A stretch of 63,839 nucleotides of DNA, filler included, from Reticulomyxa filosa (GCA_000512085.1; 15 parts of 15 records of this genome joined end to end with filler, not necessarily neighbours in it), one strand, 5' to 3'. Counted from the whole stretch's first letter, positions 25,801 through 39,131 are shown. Translations and numbers: made by a program. Notes: generated from the letters alone by a model not told the origin.

Positions 25801-27190
25801 GCTATTTGTGCGACAGGCTCGTTCTTGTTCTTCACTGTCAATATAATTAATCAGTGTAATTGGGAAAACACGATGAACTGGCACACTCCAAAACGACTTT
25901 TCAACAGCAATAATGGCCAGAACACATTGGCAGCTCGCAACACGTACCGTCTTCACAACTATAGCATAAAGTCGTGAAAAGATTTTGTATGATGTGTCGT
26001 TGAGAATACCGAGATAGTTACCATTTGATCTTGAGTTGGTTCAAATTTGAGAATCGTGTCGAGGAGGATACGAAGAGTACAAGAATATGAAGAACTGTCA
26101 CTGCGGCTACAGGAGCAATTTTCGATAATTCCACTTCGCACTAATACTCATACGTTGGACTGATCAAGTTAGCGTAATAGCAGTGATAACTGCAAACCAA
26201 AACCCAAAAACCAAAAATTTTTTCTGTCTCCTATGGCTTGGACGTACATGCCTGGACATGATTGTATATGATGACGCGGTAAAGCGCAACGAACAAATAA
26301 CGGTTGTTATAATATATAACATATTTTCCACGACATTCTTGATAATCACATACACCTCGAAAAAAAACTGATGATCGCATGTACTTGAGCGCGAGCACGA
26401 CGAATAACTCGGTCCAAATTCGGCCTCGCAACAAAATGGGCGTGTAGAAACATTTGGGGCAGATGTTGACGGATAGCACGAATATTGGTTTGATGGTTGA
26501 GTATATCCATGTGAAAAAGACCACGTAGGTCGTTGCATAGGACAGCAACATAAGTGGCGTGCTGAAGCGCAGCTCGACTGACGCAGGTACAACGAATAGT
26601 TGTTATCCACAGTACATGGGTTCTCAAAACCCAGCCCACAACAAATGACCCTTTGTCTCACTACATTGCAAGGCAGATCCATCGCGCTCATTCCTCCCAA
26701 CGAAATGATTTTGGCGCAATTTGAAGTCTTATCTGGATATACGTTCAAATCTCCAAAAACACCAACAGTTTCGGCTAAGTTCGGCAAGTCTGTATTTCAC
26801 AAAACAACGTATATTAATGACAACTTTATTTTTTCTATTTTTTTTTTAAATTGTGTTGAATTACAATAACTGCAAAATGAATTTACTTTAATACGTAAAG
26901 TCTCCGGGACAGTCGAACTGTCCATCCCAATTTCTTACATAGTCTCCACATATGCTCATCTGATAACAAATCTCTTGATTGCATCGCGATAAGTTTTCAC
27001 ATGATCATCCAAATGTACTTTTTTCGTTTGCGCCTATATGTAAAAAAAATACTTATTTTATTGTTAAAAAAAAATTGTGGAAACACACAGGGGTGGTATG
27101 GAAATGAAAAGAACGTAGAATGTGAGATGATTTTTTTGTAATTGACCTTGTTGATATTCTGCCGCTATCATTGCTTCCAATTCCTATTTT
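22860..27190 (-). pseudogene. Long degenerate coding-like region (large, possibly extracellular/membrane protein), many stops and frameshifts
   Basis: Coding-like GC content over ~4 kb with only short broken ORFs; residual GT-AG introns at the ends; hydrophobic segments near 23220-23600. Confidence 0.45.
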
Positions 27191-27239
27191 TATTTTAAAC
27201 AAGTCAATATATATAAAAAATTATTTATTTTACTTAACT

Positions 27240-27970
27240 TTTTATTGTTTAGATCATCCGATCTAATATTTTTGGAGTAATAGCTCCATATTTAAAAAAA
27301 AGTTTTTTTTTTTCTTTTTCTTTTTTTTTCCTTATTTTCTTCTTTTTTTCTCTTTATTTTCTTCTTTTTTTTCAACAACTTTTTTTCTTATTTCTTTATC
27401 TTTTTTTTCTTCCCTTTTTATTCTTACTTCCCTCTTTTTTATTCATATCTTTTTTTTTTCTCCGTTATTTTTTTTTTTTTCAATAATATTTTTTATACAT
27501 CTTCCCCCTTTTTTTCCCTCCTCCAATTTCTTCTTCAAAAACCTTTGGATCCTTGTAAAGCTGTACAAACACACAAAAGATTGTTTCAAAAATTTTTAAG
27601 ACCAACAAAAAACATACATGTGATGTTGAGTTCAAACTTTTTTTGTTTATGTATGTAGGGATGGTACAACAAAAATATAAATATAATTTTTTCTTTGTGC
27701 GGGGGAATTCCTATGTATTACACAAATACACAATCACACTATTTTGATAAAACAAAAACGTAAATATATAAACGTAACATACCTATATTTTTTTTTTTAA
27801 AACCAGGTGGTCTTCGACCCCATTTTTTTTTGTGTGTTGAATGAAGGGGCAAACAGGTAACGGTTTTTTGTGGACGGGAGATTCCTATACACAAGCAAAT
27901 ATCATATTGATATTTTTATTTAAAAAAATATATATATATAAACCTTTTTTGCTCCTTTCGGAGACGAAGT
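27240..27970. repeat. Dispersed diverged repeat or paralog, copy A (partner at ~54190-54980)
   Basis: Collinear shared blocks (ataaaacaaaaacgta, cttc.acccca, ctcctttcggagacg) next to a T-rich tract in both copies. Confidence 0.6.
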
Positions 27971-30023
27971 GGATCCGACCCGTTTTTGCTCGTCGTTGTG
28001 GTGTTGTCGTTTTTGTCCTATGTTATTTTTTATACGTTAAAAAAAAATTATAAATTGTTTTTATATATTTGCTTCAAAAAACAAAAAGTATATACATATA
28101 TATACGTATGTTAAAAAATATTTAGATACCAATTGGCCGTGTCGTCTTGCTTTTGATCGACCGGAAAATTTTTTTTTTTTGCGCAATGTGCAGTCATTGT
28201 GATAAGACCGCACTTTTTGCACTGCCATATACGGGCCTTTTTTTGCGACGACATAATTTGTCACGCCCAGCCATTTAGCAATGCGTCTATAATTGACGCA
28301 ATTTGATATAAGGGCAGAAGACATTGAACATCCACATCGGCTAATATTATTCACACTACCACCATAATGGCCCTTCCATTTTCCAAAGTATCTAGGGACC
28401 ACATAATGCCCTTTGGGTGTCACGTTGTCTGTTGCGCTGGCTTGCGTAATGCCATTATAACATTCACTCACAGTTTATCTTGGTCGATCATACCATCATT
28501 GCACTTGACAATATCAGCCTGCCTTCCACAACAACTTTGCCAATCATCCCATCGTTTGTGCTTGCATTGTCTTGCTACGCATGTCGCCATCGTGGCCTTG
28601 ACTTGAGCAAAGCATTCACTCTGAGAGTCCGGCGTGTTGTCTATTGTTTTTTTTTAAAAAAATTATAACATTAAAACATAATGCAATTTTGTGTTGTCAA
28701 AGTTTTAAGACTCCATCTTTTTTTTTTAAATTGAAAGAAAGACATAATGAACTTACTGTAGTGCAATGTCACAATCTAGTGACTCTTTTTTTTTTTAATC
28801 TTGTGACTGGGCGCGTCTGCTGCCCTTATATTCCAAATATGTGTAATGGTAGTGTGTTGATGATTGGTGCAATACTTGATTTGATTATTAATTTGATGAT
28901 CGATGTGGTAATAGGTGATTGTTGTATTGCATTGGCACCCGTTGGACTTGGCTGTTGTTAGAGGATTTGTTTGGTGTTGACGGCCAATTTTTATTTTTAT
29001 GTTGGCATCATTTAGGGGGGGATATTGATAAGGCGTGATCATCCTGCAACGCCAGCACAGACTCCTACTTGACCAAAAAAAGAAGAAAAGGGTTTTTACG
29101 ACTACGTAACTTTCGTTAAAAAAAAGAAACTTGTAATTCTCAATTTTGATCAACATATTTCATCAAAATAAATACTTTTAATTCAAATATTTGATCAAGA
29201 TAACTTTGCAACACTTTTCATGCCAACAGGAAAAAAAAAGTTCTCGGCTAAAAAAAGTTTTTTTTGAAAATCTAAATCTAGCAACATTTAAACAAGACCT
29301 TTCAAATGAAAACTAGTACTGCGTTATTGTCCCTTGACATCTATGACTTTTTCAGTTTTTTTAAGCTATTCTTACGACGCTGTTACAACGAAAACACATT
29401 AAAGAGCTCCTAAAGTTAAGTTGAATATTAACATACTTTTTTTCATTTTGAAATAATAGTACACAAAAAAAACAAAACAAAAAGAACAGACTTCAAATGA
29501 AACAAAAAAGGAAGTCGAGACATAATATTGTGCAGAAATTAGAACTAATTTCACAGTCAAATAGTTTGCGATTATCAATGAAAAGAGAAGACAATGACAT
29601 CCCTTTTGTAATCATTTTTTGCAATCAAATGATTGAATTAAATAATTTAAGAATCATTCCAATGTGGTTGTTGCTGTATTTGTAAATCTTATAAGGCGAC
29701 ACATGCAACGACAAAACTGTCGTCCTACGATTATTTGGCTGCTGGACAAGAGAATCACAAATATCACAAAAGGAATGGCCAATACTCTGGCGCACTCTCA
29801 ATTATTCTTAGTTGGTGCAGGCAATGCCTACAAAATGGATAATTAAAAAATAGGAGGTGATACACCTCTTTTTTTTTTTNNNNNNNNNNNNNNNNNNNNN
29901 NNNNNNNNNNNNNNNNNNNNNNNTTAATTAATTAANNNNNNNNNNNNNNNNNNNNNNNNNNNNNNNNNNNNNNNNNNNNTATATATTTGAAAATATAATA
30001 TATCTGATTGTTGTTTTATTATA

Positions 30024-30440
30024 GTGGAAAAAGCAATTTCTTTATTAGGGCGTCAAGACAAATTGACTTCTAGTGATGATAAAGATTTGGATGATTGTAT
30101 GAAAAATATATTTATTATAATATAAATATATTTATTTTGTTTGTGTGTATTATAGTACAAAAAAGTATTGCTGAACTAGGACGTCAAACATCTGAAGAAA
30201 GAAAGACGAAAAGCAAGTAAATGAAGACAAAAAAGAAAATAACAAGATAGTGATTATAGAAAAGATGATAATGATGACAAAAATGATGATTCTATAATCA
30301 TTGATAAACAAAATACTGATTTTGAACCATTATCTTTACAACAATCTCAATTATCACAACAACTACAATCACAACAGACATTGTCAAATCAATCAATATA
30401 TCAATCAATATATCAATTCAAATCGACATTACAAAAAGGT
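30024..30440 (+). CDS. Internal or 3' exons of an unknown low-complexity protein
   Basis: Exons VEKAISLLGRQ... and LQKSIAELGRQ... (internal repeat) joined by a GT-AG intron; continuation needs a -1 shift near 30200. Confidence 0.35.
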
Positions 30441-31329
30441 CCAAAGAAAAAGGAAATAATTGTTTTATGTTTAGTTTGTAATTATATAGTTTTGATTTTA
30501 TGTTGTGTTAGATTGACTTGTATTGGATTAGATTGTGTTGAATTGTGTTGGGTTGAATTGTGGAGAGTTGTTTGCTATATGTTGAACTGTATATTATTAA
30601 TTTGGGTTGAATTGTATGTGTTGATTGAATGGAAAAAATCAATTATCATCATAAGATATCATTTTTTTATGCGTTCAGTTTTCTTTGCAACATAATGTAT
30701 TTATTTTTAAATAATTCAATTTACTGCATTTAAGCTGGATTTTTAATCTATTAAACTTCTTTTTGTTTTTTTTGTATTTTCAATGATTCTAATCATTTTT
30801 GTAGGCTATACTGTTCTATTTTTTGACATAACCAGAATGTATCTTATTTATATTTTTTATATAAATTTGTAATGTTAACTAATTCTGATGTTTCAAATAG
30901 ATTTTCTGCTCACTCCATTTTTATTCTCAAATGCTAACCTTTTGACAAGGGCAATATCTATTACCTGGTTTAATCAAGTTTCTGTTATCTTCTCCACAAG
31001 TCTTCCTTGTGACATGTTATCATTTTAACCAACTTTATGTTACAAGAAATACCGGTAATTACCTAGCTATACTTTTTTAACAATAAAAGTGATCGTCATG
31101 AGTGATATTGTAGAAGTACGTAGAGGAATTCAAAATCAATGTCTTGAATTTACTTTGAAAAAATCTCCTTAAAATATTTCAAGAGTTAATCCTACAATTA
31201 TTGTACACAACTTTACTGAAAAGTAGTTTTAAACTGCAGCGAAGAACAAGGAGTCAGAACAACAAAAATTTTAAAGTTTACACTTGTCTTTTTTGTGTCT
31301 TCTGTTGTTTATTCCCAGTGCAGTTTATC

Positions 31330-31978
31330 ATGCTTTCGTTATTTCGAAGAAGAAGTGCAGCCTTTGTGAAATCGCAAAGCAAGAGATCAATATGTACTTC
31401 CTCAAAAGCGCTCCCTCGCCGGCACGTAAGTTGCGGCTTGTCCGTATTTGTGATAAAGCGTCGTTATGCGAACACCAGCGCGGCCCAATCTGTGTTCGAG
31501 ATGAAAACACAAATCGAAACGCCAATGCTTTGGTAAGTTTTAAACGCTTTTTTTTTTGTTGTGGAATACTTATTATTATTTTTTTTTTTTTTGCACACAA
31601 CATACCCCAATCTGACGAATAATGATTTGTGTTTGATAACACCACAAACACACATAAAAATGAATTCAGCATGCAATGTGAGCAAACAGCGCATAACCAA
31701 GGATGCACACAGCAAGGAATTTGTGGTAAAATTCCCGAAGTGTCCAACTTGCAAGACATGTTAATATGGTCCAATGGAGCATTGATCGATTATGTAAACA
31801 AAGTGATTGGCGGCGAGATGAACTTATCAAAAGAGGTACGAGAGGATTTCCGTGACCATGTATTGAACAGCATGTTTTCAACTTTGACCAATGTCAACTT
31901 TGACGACACTCGTATGATCAGTTATTTAAGAAAAGGTGATTCTTTTTTGAAAGATTTCAAAAGTCTTACCAAATCCAA
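31330..31978 (+). CDS. hcp: Hybrid cluster protein (HCP / prismane / hydroxylamine-NO reductase), 5' part, with N-terminal presequence; 3'-truncated
   Basis: Exon 31330-31532 + intron + exon 31670-31978 gives MLC|MQCEQTAHNQGCTQQGICGKIPEVSNLQDML (the N-terminal four-Cys Fe-S motif of HCP) and MFSTLTNVNFD. Confidence 0.93.
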
Positions 31979-31992
31979 GTTATTCAAATTTT

Positions 31993-32029
<37 letters not shown>

Positions 32030-32991
32030 NNNNNNNNNNNNNNNNNNNNNNNNNNNNNNNNNNNNNNNNNNNNTTAATTAATTAANNNNNNNNNNNNNNN
32101 NNNNNNNNNNNNNNNNNNNNNNNNNNNNNTTTTTTTTTACAAACTTGTTGGATCTCTTCACACTTTAAATCAAAATACTTCCCGTTAAATTTTTTTCTGA
32201 TCCCTTGCTTTCCATCATTTTTGTGAGCACGTGCATATGGATGTCCATGTGAAATAGAGAATTTATAATCCTTATAGTGATTTGAACATAGCCAATATAG
32301 ACACATACAACATGCCAATTATTGTTTTCATTTCATCTGTCGAACAACTATCCAAAATTTGAAGTTTCACCAGTCAGTCAAAACAATCACTTAAAAAAGA
32401 TGCCAGCAACAAAGAAAGTGGTATTGTTGCCATTCAAAAAAGAAATAAAAATAACAAAATAGAAATATGAAACTTACTCTTTAAATAATACAACGATGAA
32501 AAATTGTCATGCAAAGGAAAATCAATTGTATTTAACCACAGCTATTGAAAATTTAGAGTTGCTTCAACTAAAAAGACAACCAAATTCGTCCGAAAATAAA
32601 AAATCGCAAATATTGTGTATTGTAATTATTCATCAACACGAATTGTTAGTAACAAATCTCAGACACAATACAAGCAAAGCCAAAAAACACACCAAAATGT
32701 TTCGATGGTACAAAAGCAGCTTCACATTTCTGGAAAAAAAAAACCCCGTTTTTTTTGGGGGAGAAAAAAACATTATGTAGCTTACAATACACACAAACAA
32801 ACACTGCTTTTTCAAAATAAATTATTTGAGGGAATAGATTAGTAAAAGAAACACTAACTACAACAAAACCAGCTCAGATCACGAAAAGGAACAGAGAGAG
32901 AAGTCACTGGTTTGGTTTTGTTTACACTAATTTGTGCATAGGATATAGACATTAACCTCAAACTTTGTGAACAATGGAATATCTTTTGCGT

Positions 32992-33829
32992 TTACAAGTA
33001 AATTCCAAAAGGAAAGGTCTCTATATACTCCCGATTGATCTTAACAAAGTATGCTTCGTCAACATACTCATCGCTCATAGCACAGCGTAAAGGTTCCCCA
33101 GGATGAGCGTAATTGCACCGTTTTCCAAACAAACATAATCGAGAATCACTTCGAGCAGGATCGCAACATGGCTGTGTTTTGTAATTTGCAACACGAGCAC
33201 GATATTTCATCTCGTCAAAGCCATGTGCAAAATGGCACCTCCGTCCATAAGTGCAATGTCCTTTCGAAACCCAATTTTCGCACAATTCCGTTTTGTACAA
33301 GTCCGACTTTTCTTGAGGATAACCCCTTTTTTTGTTACGACGCCGGCCACTTGTTTCGTGACCGTTGTTGTTATTGCTATTGTTGTTATTGTTATTGTTG
33401 TTATTGTTGTTGTTGCTATTGGCAATATTGACATTCCCATCTTCGTTTTTGATATTTTTATCATCGGGGATTGAGTTTTTGTTCAGAGTATTCGTGTTTA
33501 TGGTTATATCCTCTATTATCATACGGCCGACATCGCCATCGTCATTCTCTTGTTTTGAGTTTTGCATGGTTAATATTTCACGAAATGTGTTGTAATTTCT
33601 GGGACCGTCTCCAATGTCAATGGTTTTTATATATTGTCTGACTTTGCGTAAGTGTGGTAATTTCATCATTGTTTCTTCTGAAAGTCGCTGGAAGTGGTTT
33701 TTGCGCAGTTTCTGTCCTTCTTTTGTCTCACCACCTTGACTTCTTTGTTTTTTCCCCCTCCCCCCCCACACAGAGGGAAATTGTGATTGTGTGAATGTAG
33801 TCACATGATAGCCTTGCATTGTCACTGTT
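32992..33829 (-). CDS. Tandem CCCH zinc-finger RNA-binding protein (TIS11/ZFP36-like); 5'-truncated
   Basis: YKTELC-x8-C-x5-C-x3-H finger followed by YKTQPC...C.FGKRCNYAH; polyN tract at ~33363-33420. Confidence 0.9.
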
Positions 33830-33929
33830 NNNNNNNNNNNNNNNNNNNNNNNNNNNNNNNNNNNNNNNNNNNNTTAATTAATTAANNNNNNNNNNNNNNN
33901 NNNNNNNNNNNNNNNNNNNNNNNNNNNNN

Positions 33930-35572
33930 CTTTTTTTTTTTTTTTTTTTTTTTTTAACATGACAGTAGCGTAAGCCCCTTTCCCAACACCTTGCCAGTGG
34001 GTTCATAAAAATCCCACAGCCAAAACGATTCATGCTGGACAGTAGCACAATACTTTTTTGGTTGGTGATGAGGTTGTTTTGCGAGATGGTTGTGACTGTT
34101 GTGTTTGGGTTTGTCTGACTGATGAAGGGAGTTGCGCTTGCGACAATGTCCTCCAGATGTGGCTGTCACAGGCATAAGCATGCGAGAGGGATGCATATGT
34201 GCACAGTTCACACTGGCCACCGAAAGGTGTGCATTGTGGTCATGATCATTCGAATCTGGTTTGCTTTCGGCCACACGTTCCTTTGCTTGCACATTGGCAC
34301 TTCGAATTTGACCGCGTTTGGTCTGCGTCGCTCCACTGTGCTCTTCGTTTACGCTATTTTGGAGAATCACTATCTTACACCGCACATATACACACAAGAC
34401 GTACATACTCCATTTGCGATTATTCAAAAAAAAAAAAAAGAATAAGTAAATAAAAATAAAATAAATAAATAAAATTACCATCTGCCGAAAAAGTGGTTCG
34501 TAAAGTAGTATTGGTTGGTGTGGATGCCATGGAGTAGGAGATATCATCTCTATGTTCCATGTTGACACTATGATCGGTGGACTTGCAAGTTCCGTGCATG
34601 AGTGAGTCTTGTGAGACGTTGGAAGGTGTACAAGCTTCAACGAGCACTCGACACTCGTCAGTCTCTGGTGTTATTATGGCAGCTGTGACAAGTATCACTC
34701 TCTTGTCCTTTTTCTTTGTCTTCGTTCCTTTTGCATTGTTACATCTTTCGTTTGTTACTTCCTTGACTGTTTGCTTCAAATGATCGGTCTTGTTATCAAC
34801 ACAGTCATTCTGTCCCGCCACCAACAACTTTGGCTCCTTCTCCAATTCACTTTTCAATGTGACCGTTTGCTGGCACGTTCCCCTTGTATTGTTTTTTTAA
34901 AAAAAGAAAATTCGCTCACTTCCCTCCCTTGCTCTCAACATTAAAAAAAAAACAATATACGTATAGATCCGTACGTAATTCTTTGATGTATGCTAAAATA
35001 AATAAAAAATGAACACAAACTTATTGTCTGCTTGAAAGTTGCATTGTACTGATGCACTTGCTTCGTTCAATGTACCTGTCATTACATTAAGAACCAAAAA
35101 AATTATGTCCTTTTTTTTTTTTTGGCATTGAAATCTTTACAACAATTTTTTTTAAAAAGTAGACCAGGACTCAACTTGCTGTACGTACACGACTAATTTG
35201 CTTTTATTCATACACACAATAATTTTTTTTGTTTTTTTTCTCTAGTTTTGTTTTGTTGGGACTTACTTGCATTTTAGAAAATTCCATGGCACAGTTGGTA
35301 TCATTGGTCGCTTCATGGTTCGAAGAGCCGCCCAGGTACACATTTGCTGTATCCATGGTACTCGGAATAATCTTTTGGCTGTTCTTACTCGTCACTGCAC
35401 ATGGCAATGGGGAGCATTTCAAGGTGCTATCCATTTTGTCACTCGTCTTGTTCTGAACGTATACACTCGTGCTTGTAGTGGCATTTCGGGTAATGTGAGC
35501 GCTGGTTTGGTGTACGTTGGGTTGCCTGATACATGATTGTTGCAACATTTGTCCTTGCTGAACACATGCCAT
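33930..35572 (-). CDS. Probable protein kinase: long low-complexity N-terminus, kinase domain cut off by the contig end
   Basis: Multi-exon from MACVQQG (35572). The last visible exon ends WDFYEPTGKVLGKG, the start of subdomain I glycine loop. Confidence 0.5.
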
Positions 35573-37023
35573 TTATCACAAAGTGAAAAGTGATATTTTC
35601 ATAACAAATAAAAAAAAAACGATTTTGTTCAAAAACTTTTCTTCAACTACAAACGGGACAAAAAAAAAATATTTTTCTGTCAAACACTTTTTTCTTTTCA
35701 TATGAAAGGGAAACAAACATTTTTGGAAGAAATAGCTTTTTCGATGTGATCACGATTCTTCGAGTTTACTTTATCTTGGGCAAACACCTGAGAGTCACTG
35801 TCTTGAGGAGATGTTTTTTGCAACGTGTTGAGGAAAAATTTTTGTTTTAATTTGGAGAACATCTTAATACAGGAGGATGTTAAATTCTTTGTTAAAGGTC
35901 AATTTATGACAAGTGAATAACAGATTTGAAAAGGGAAAACAACTCTTCCCCAATAACAAGCGCACTGTCGTCCAAACACGCAAAATAAATGTATAACAAG
36001 ACATTAATTAACTGCAATCAGAATTTGTGAGTTCTATTATTTTGATTTGTCGTGTGTTTGGGAACACCTTATTTCACGGAAGATTAAAGCTTAAAATGAA
36101 GCAAATTTGGCAGTACGAAAAGCATGTAAAGCTGTCAAAGCTGATACAATCAAGAAAGTACAAAAGAGAGCTATGGATCAAGTTCTGCAAAAAAAGACTC
36201 AATTTTAACTTATGTTTGAAGAGAAAATTGCTTTTTTTAAATAAATCATTTACTACAAAAATTTATCCAGCCAACAATCTTTAGTTTGGAAAAAAGTACA
36301 AATCATGGTAAGAGTGTTTTTTTTAAACAGTATATTGCTAAACTGATTTGTAGTTTCAACTAATGAGGTTATAATATCAGTCGGAGTTTTGCATGTTAAA
36401 GAGATATTTGATAAATTCTTTTTGAATTACTTATACCAAAATCTGTATCACTAAAAGTGCGAAGGTTCATGGATTAAAACTGCTTACTTTTGTACTGCGA
36501 TTAGAACTTACCAAAAATATGGTGGTAGTGCGCTTTTTTAGTAGTGGTGCACTTTTCGTGGTTGCAAATGTATTAGAGCAAAATTTACGTTCTAAATAAC
36601 CACGTGTACATATATTGCAATAATATTTTCGTTCAACAAAGGAAAATACAGAACAATACTTCCAGATATACTGCCAATATTGGAGTGAGCCATGAAAAAC
36701 AGAATATTTTGTAGAAGAGCCTGAATTTAACACAAAAAATGTTTACAAATCAGAATAAATTGCCAATCATGTGAAATGCACAGTGCAGAATAAGCCAATA
36801 TTGTTATGCAGCATACATAGAAATAAGCAAACAAAGTTTAACACTACCTATCGAAAAACAATATGAAAATGTCAACGATTTATTCATGTTAGATGAATTC
36901 TAAAAAGAACTCTAATTAGCAACATCGTAATTGGAGTAAATTGAAACGCAAACCATCCAGCATGGTTAGACCAGAAAACAAACTATATTGGATAAAGTAT
37001 ATTTGATTTTATTGTTTCAACTA

Positions 37024-38095
37024 CAGTAGATTGAAAAAAAAACTGCAATAACTAAATGGCATTATGTGAAGAGAATCGATTTTCTCAATGAAAAATAAAG
37101 ATTTAAACCTAATTTTTTTTTTAAAACATCTACTAATCTTGTATTTTTTAAATATGAAATTGGTTTTATAATAAGTTTTTTCTAGGTTGATCAAAAATAT
37201 GATTTTTTCAAATGATTTTTAAAAATTTCGAATGAGTTCATATAAATTGAACTGTATTTTAAATAAGAAATTTTTAAATCTTTTTATTTTCATTTTTGGA
37301 ATCTTCAAGTCAAGTAGATACTTTTTTAAAAAATTAGACTTATATCTTTCTTAATTTTTAATAAAATTTTGAAATTTTTTTAAAAAATATTTTTTTGTAA
37401 TATTTTTACCATTTTATTAGTTTCATTTTGCATTGATTAAAGATTCAATTCTAATTGGTATTGACTCAACGATAGCTCGATATAGTTGAGTCCAGCGTTT
37501 ATATAAATTTGTAAATTTTAACATTACTTTGATATGACTAAATTTAAATCTGGCTTTTTCTTCTTAGTTATTACTATCAAACCATTTCTCTTTACAGTTC
37601 ATAAGAAAATTTGATTTCACAATCGTCATCTAACTCTTTCTTGATGTCTTTTAAGTTTTGCACTTTCCAGAAACAATCTATATCACAATTTTACGCTGAA
37701 CTAACAAAGAAATCTTCTATGACATGCTAGATCCAGCTTTTCTTTTTATGGTTCCATTACACTTATATGACGCCAGCCAAAATCGAAGCGAAGCTATACT
37801 TACATTAAATTTCTTTGCGACATATCGAATGCTATATCCACCAACCATCATACTAACAGCAACTCCTTTCTTAAAAGCAATCAAATGTTTCATTTTAAAT
37901 ATCAGAATTTTGAAATGTCAATTAAAAATATCAACAATAAAAAAATTAGTAGAAAAAAATTTAATATTTAAAAAATACAATATTAGTATATATATTTTTT
38001 AAAAAATTATGTTTAAATCTTTATTTTTCATGGAGAAAATCGATTATCTTCATATAATACCATTTATATATGTCAGTTTTTTTTGCAATCTAATG
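37024..38095 (-). mobile_element. Internally deleted Tc1-like DNA transposon with ~165-bp imperfect TIRs and TA flanks
   Basis: Left end TA|CAGTAGATTG...AATCGATTTTCTC.ATGAAAAATAAAGATTTAAAC mirrors right end ...CAATCTAATG|TA. Internal decayed transposase N-terminus (YSIRYVAKKFNVS..., ...KKKPDL...LKFTNLYKRWT). Confidence 0.85.
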
Positions 38096-39131
38096 TAGAA
38101 GCAAAATCTTTACGATAAAAAAAGAATTGGTGTGACAATAGTTGTTTTGTCCTTTATGTGCTGTTTTTTTATGATTTTTTTTTATGGTTAGTTCAGTTTT
38201 TTTATCTTTAAGATTTTTGACTGCAATTTTAAATTTGATTTTCGAAATAGTTTCATTGCATTGGCTAAGAAGAAAAGGCTAACTTGATATTGGCGAGCCT
38301 CGAATTTATAAACATGTACTAGCACCTGATCGCATATGATAAAAAGGTTAATTAATTCAAGTATTACACAATTTTCATTAATTCCGCTTGCATTGCTCAA
38401 AGGGTGTCATTTGAGACTCTGATATTTGAATCAATCTTAATAATTATTTATTATTAATTTTAAAACAATTCATTCTACTCCAAAAAAAAAGGTTTTTCAC
38501 AAAATTACTGGATCTATTGTTCCTTTTATCCCTTTAATTTTCCATTTTGTATTTGCCAGTTGCTTATCATTTTTGTGCATCAATCAAATAAAAGCAAGAA
38601 TGGTTGATTTATTTCTTCTAAACAAAAAAATAGAGTCAATCCAAAAAAAAAATAGACAAATAATTCAAATAAAATATAAAAAGACAAGTACTTTGAAATT
38701 CAAGCTTGACTACACACTTTTGTGTTATGCCGTTTTTGACTTGGCTATAGCAAATTTTTCTTGGTTAGTTGTTTTTTTTTGCTTTAGAGTTTTCTGGCAC
38801 ATTTTTAAAAAATTAAACAATTTGTTTTCTTCCTCAAATAACGCTTATCGTCAAAAAAAAGACGTTTTCAAGATTTTTGAACTCACTCGAAATTAAGATA
38901 CCGTACATGATATAACGACAGACAAATGTGAACACAAACAAATTTAAGATAAATCCTAGACATTATTAAACCACACAACCGTTACTGTCGATGTTTGAGA
39001 ACAGTTCTTCCGAACTAAAAAAAAGGGTATTCCACGAGCACGGAAACGTAGCGCTGCTTGTTTTTTTTTCTGTTTTGTACTGGAGGAATTGACTCTCCAT
39101 TCTGCACATTCTTAACCAAATAAAAGCAGAA

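Noticed and set aside
36467-36960. KYGGS resembling the Tc1 KHGGG motif
   Set aside because: Lies outside the TIR-bounded element and has no supporting DDE motifs.
38188-38400. YHMRSGAST resembling a tyrosine-recombinase HxxR box
   Set aside because: Spacing is wrong and no other recombinase motifs were found.
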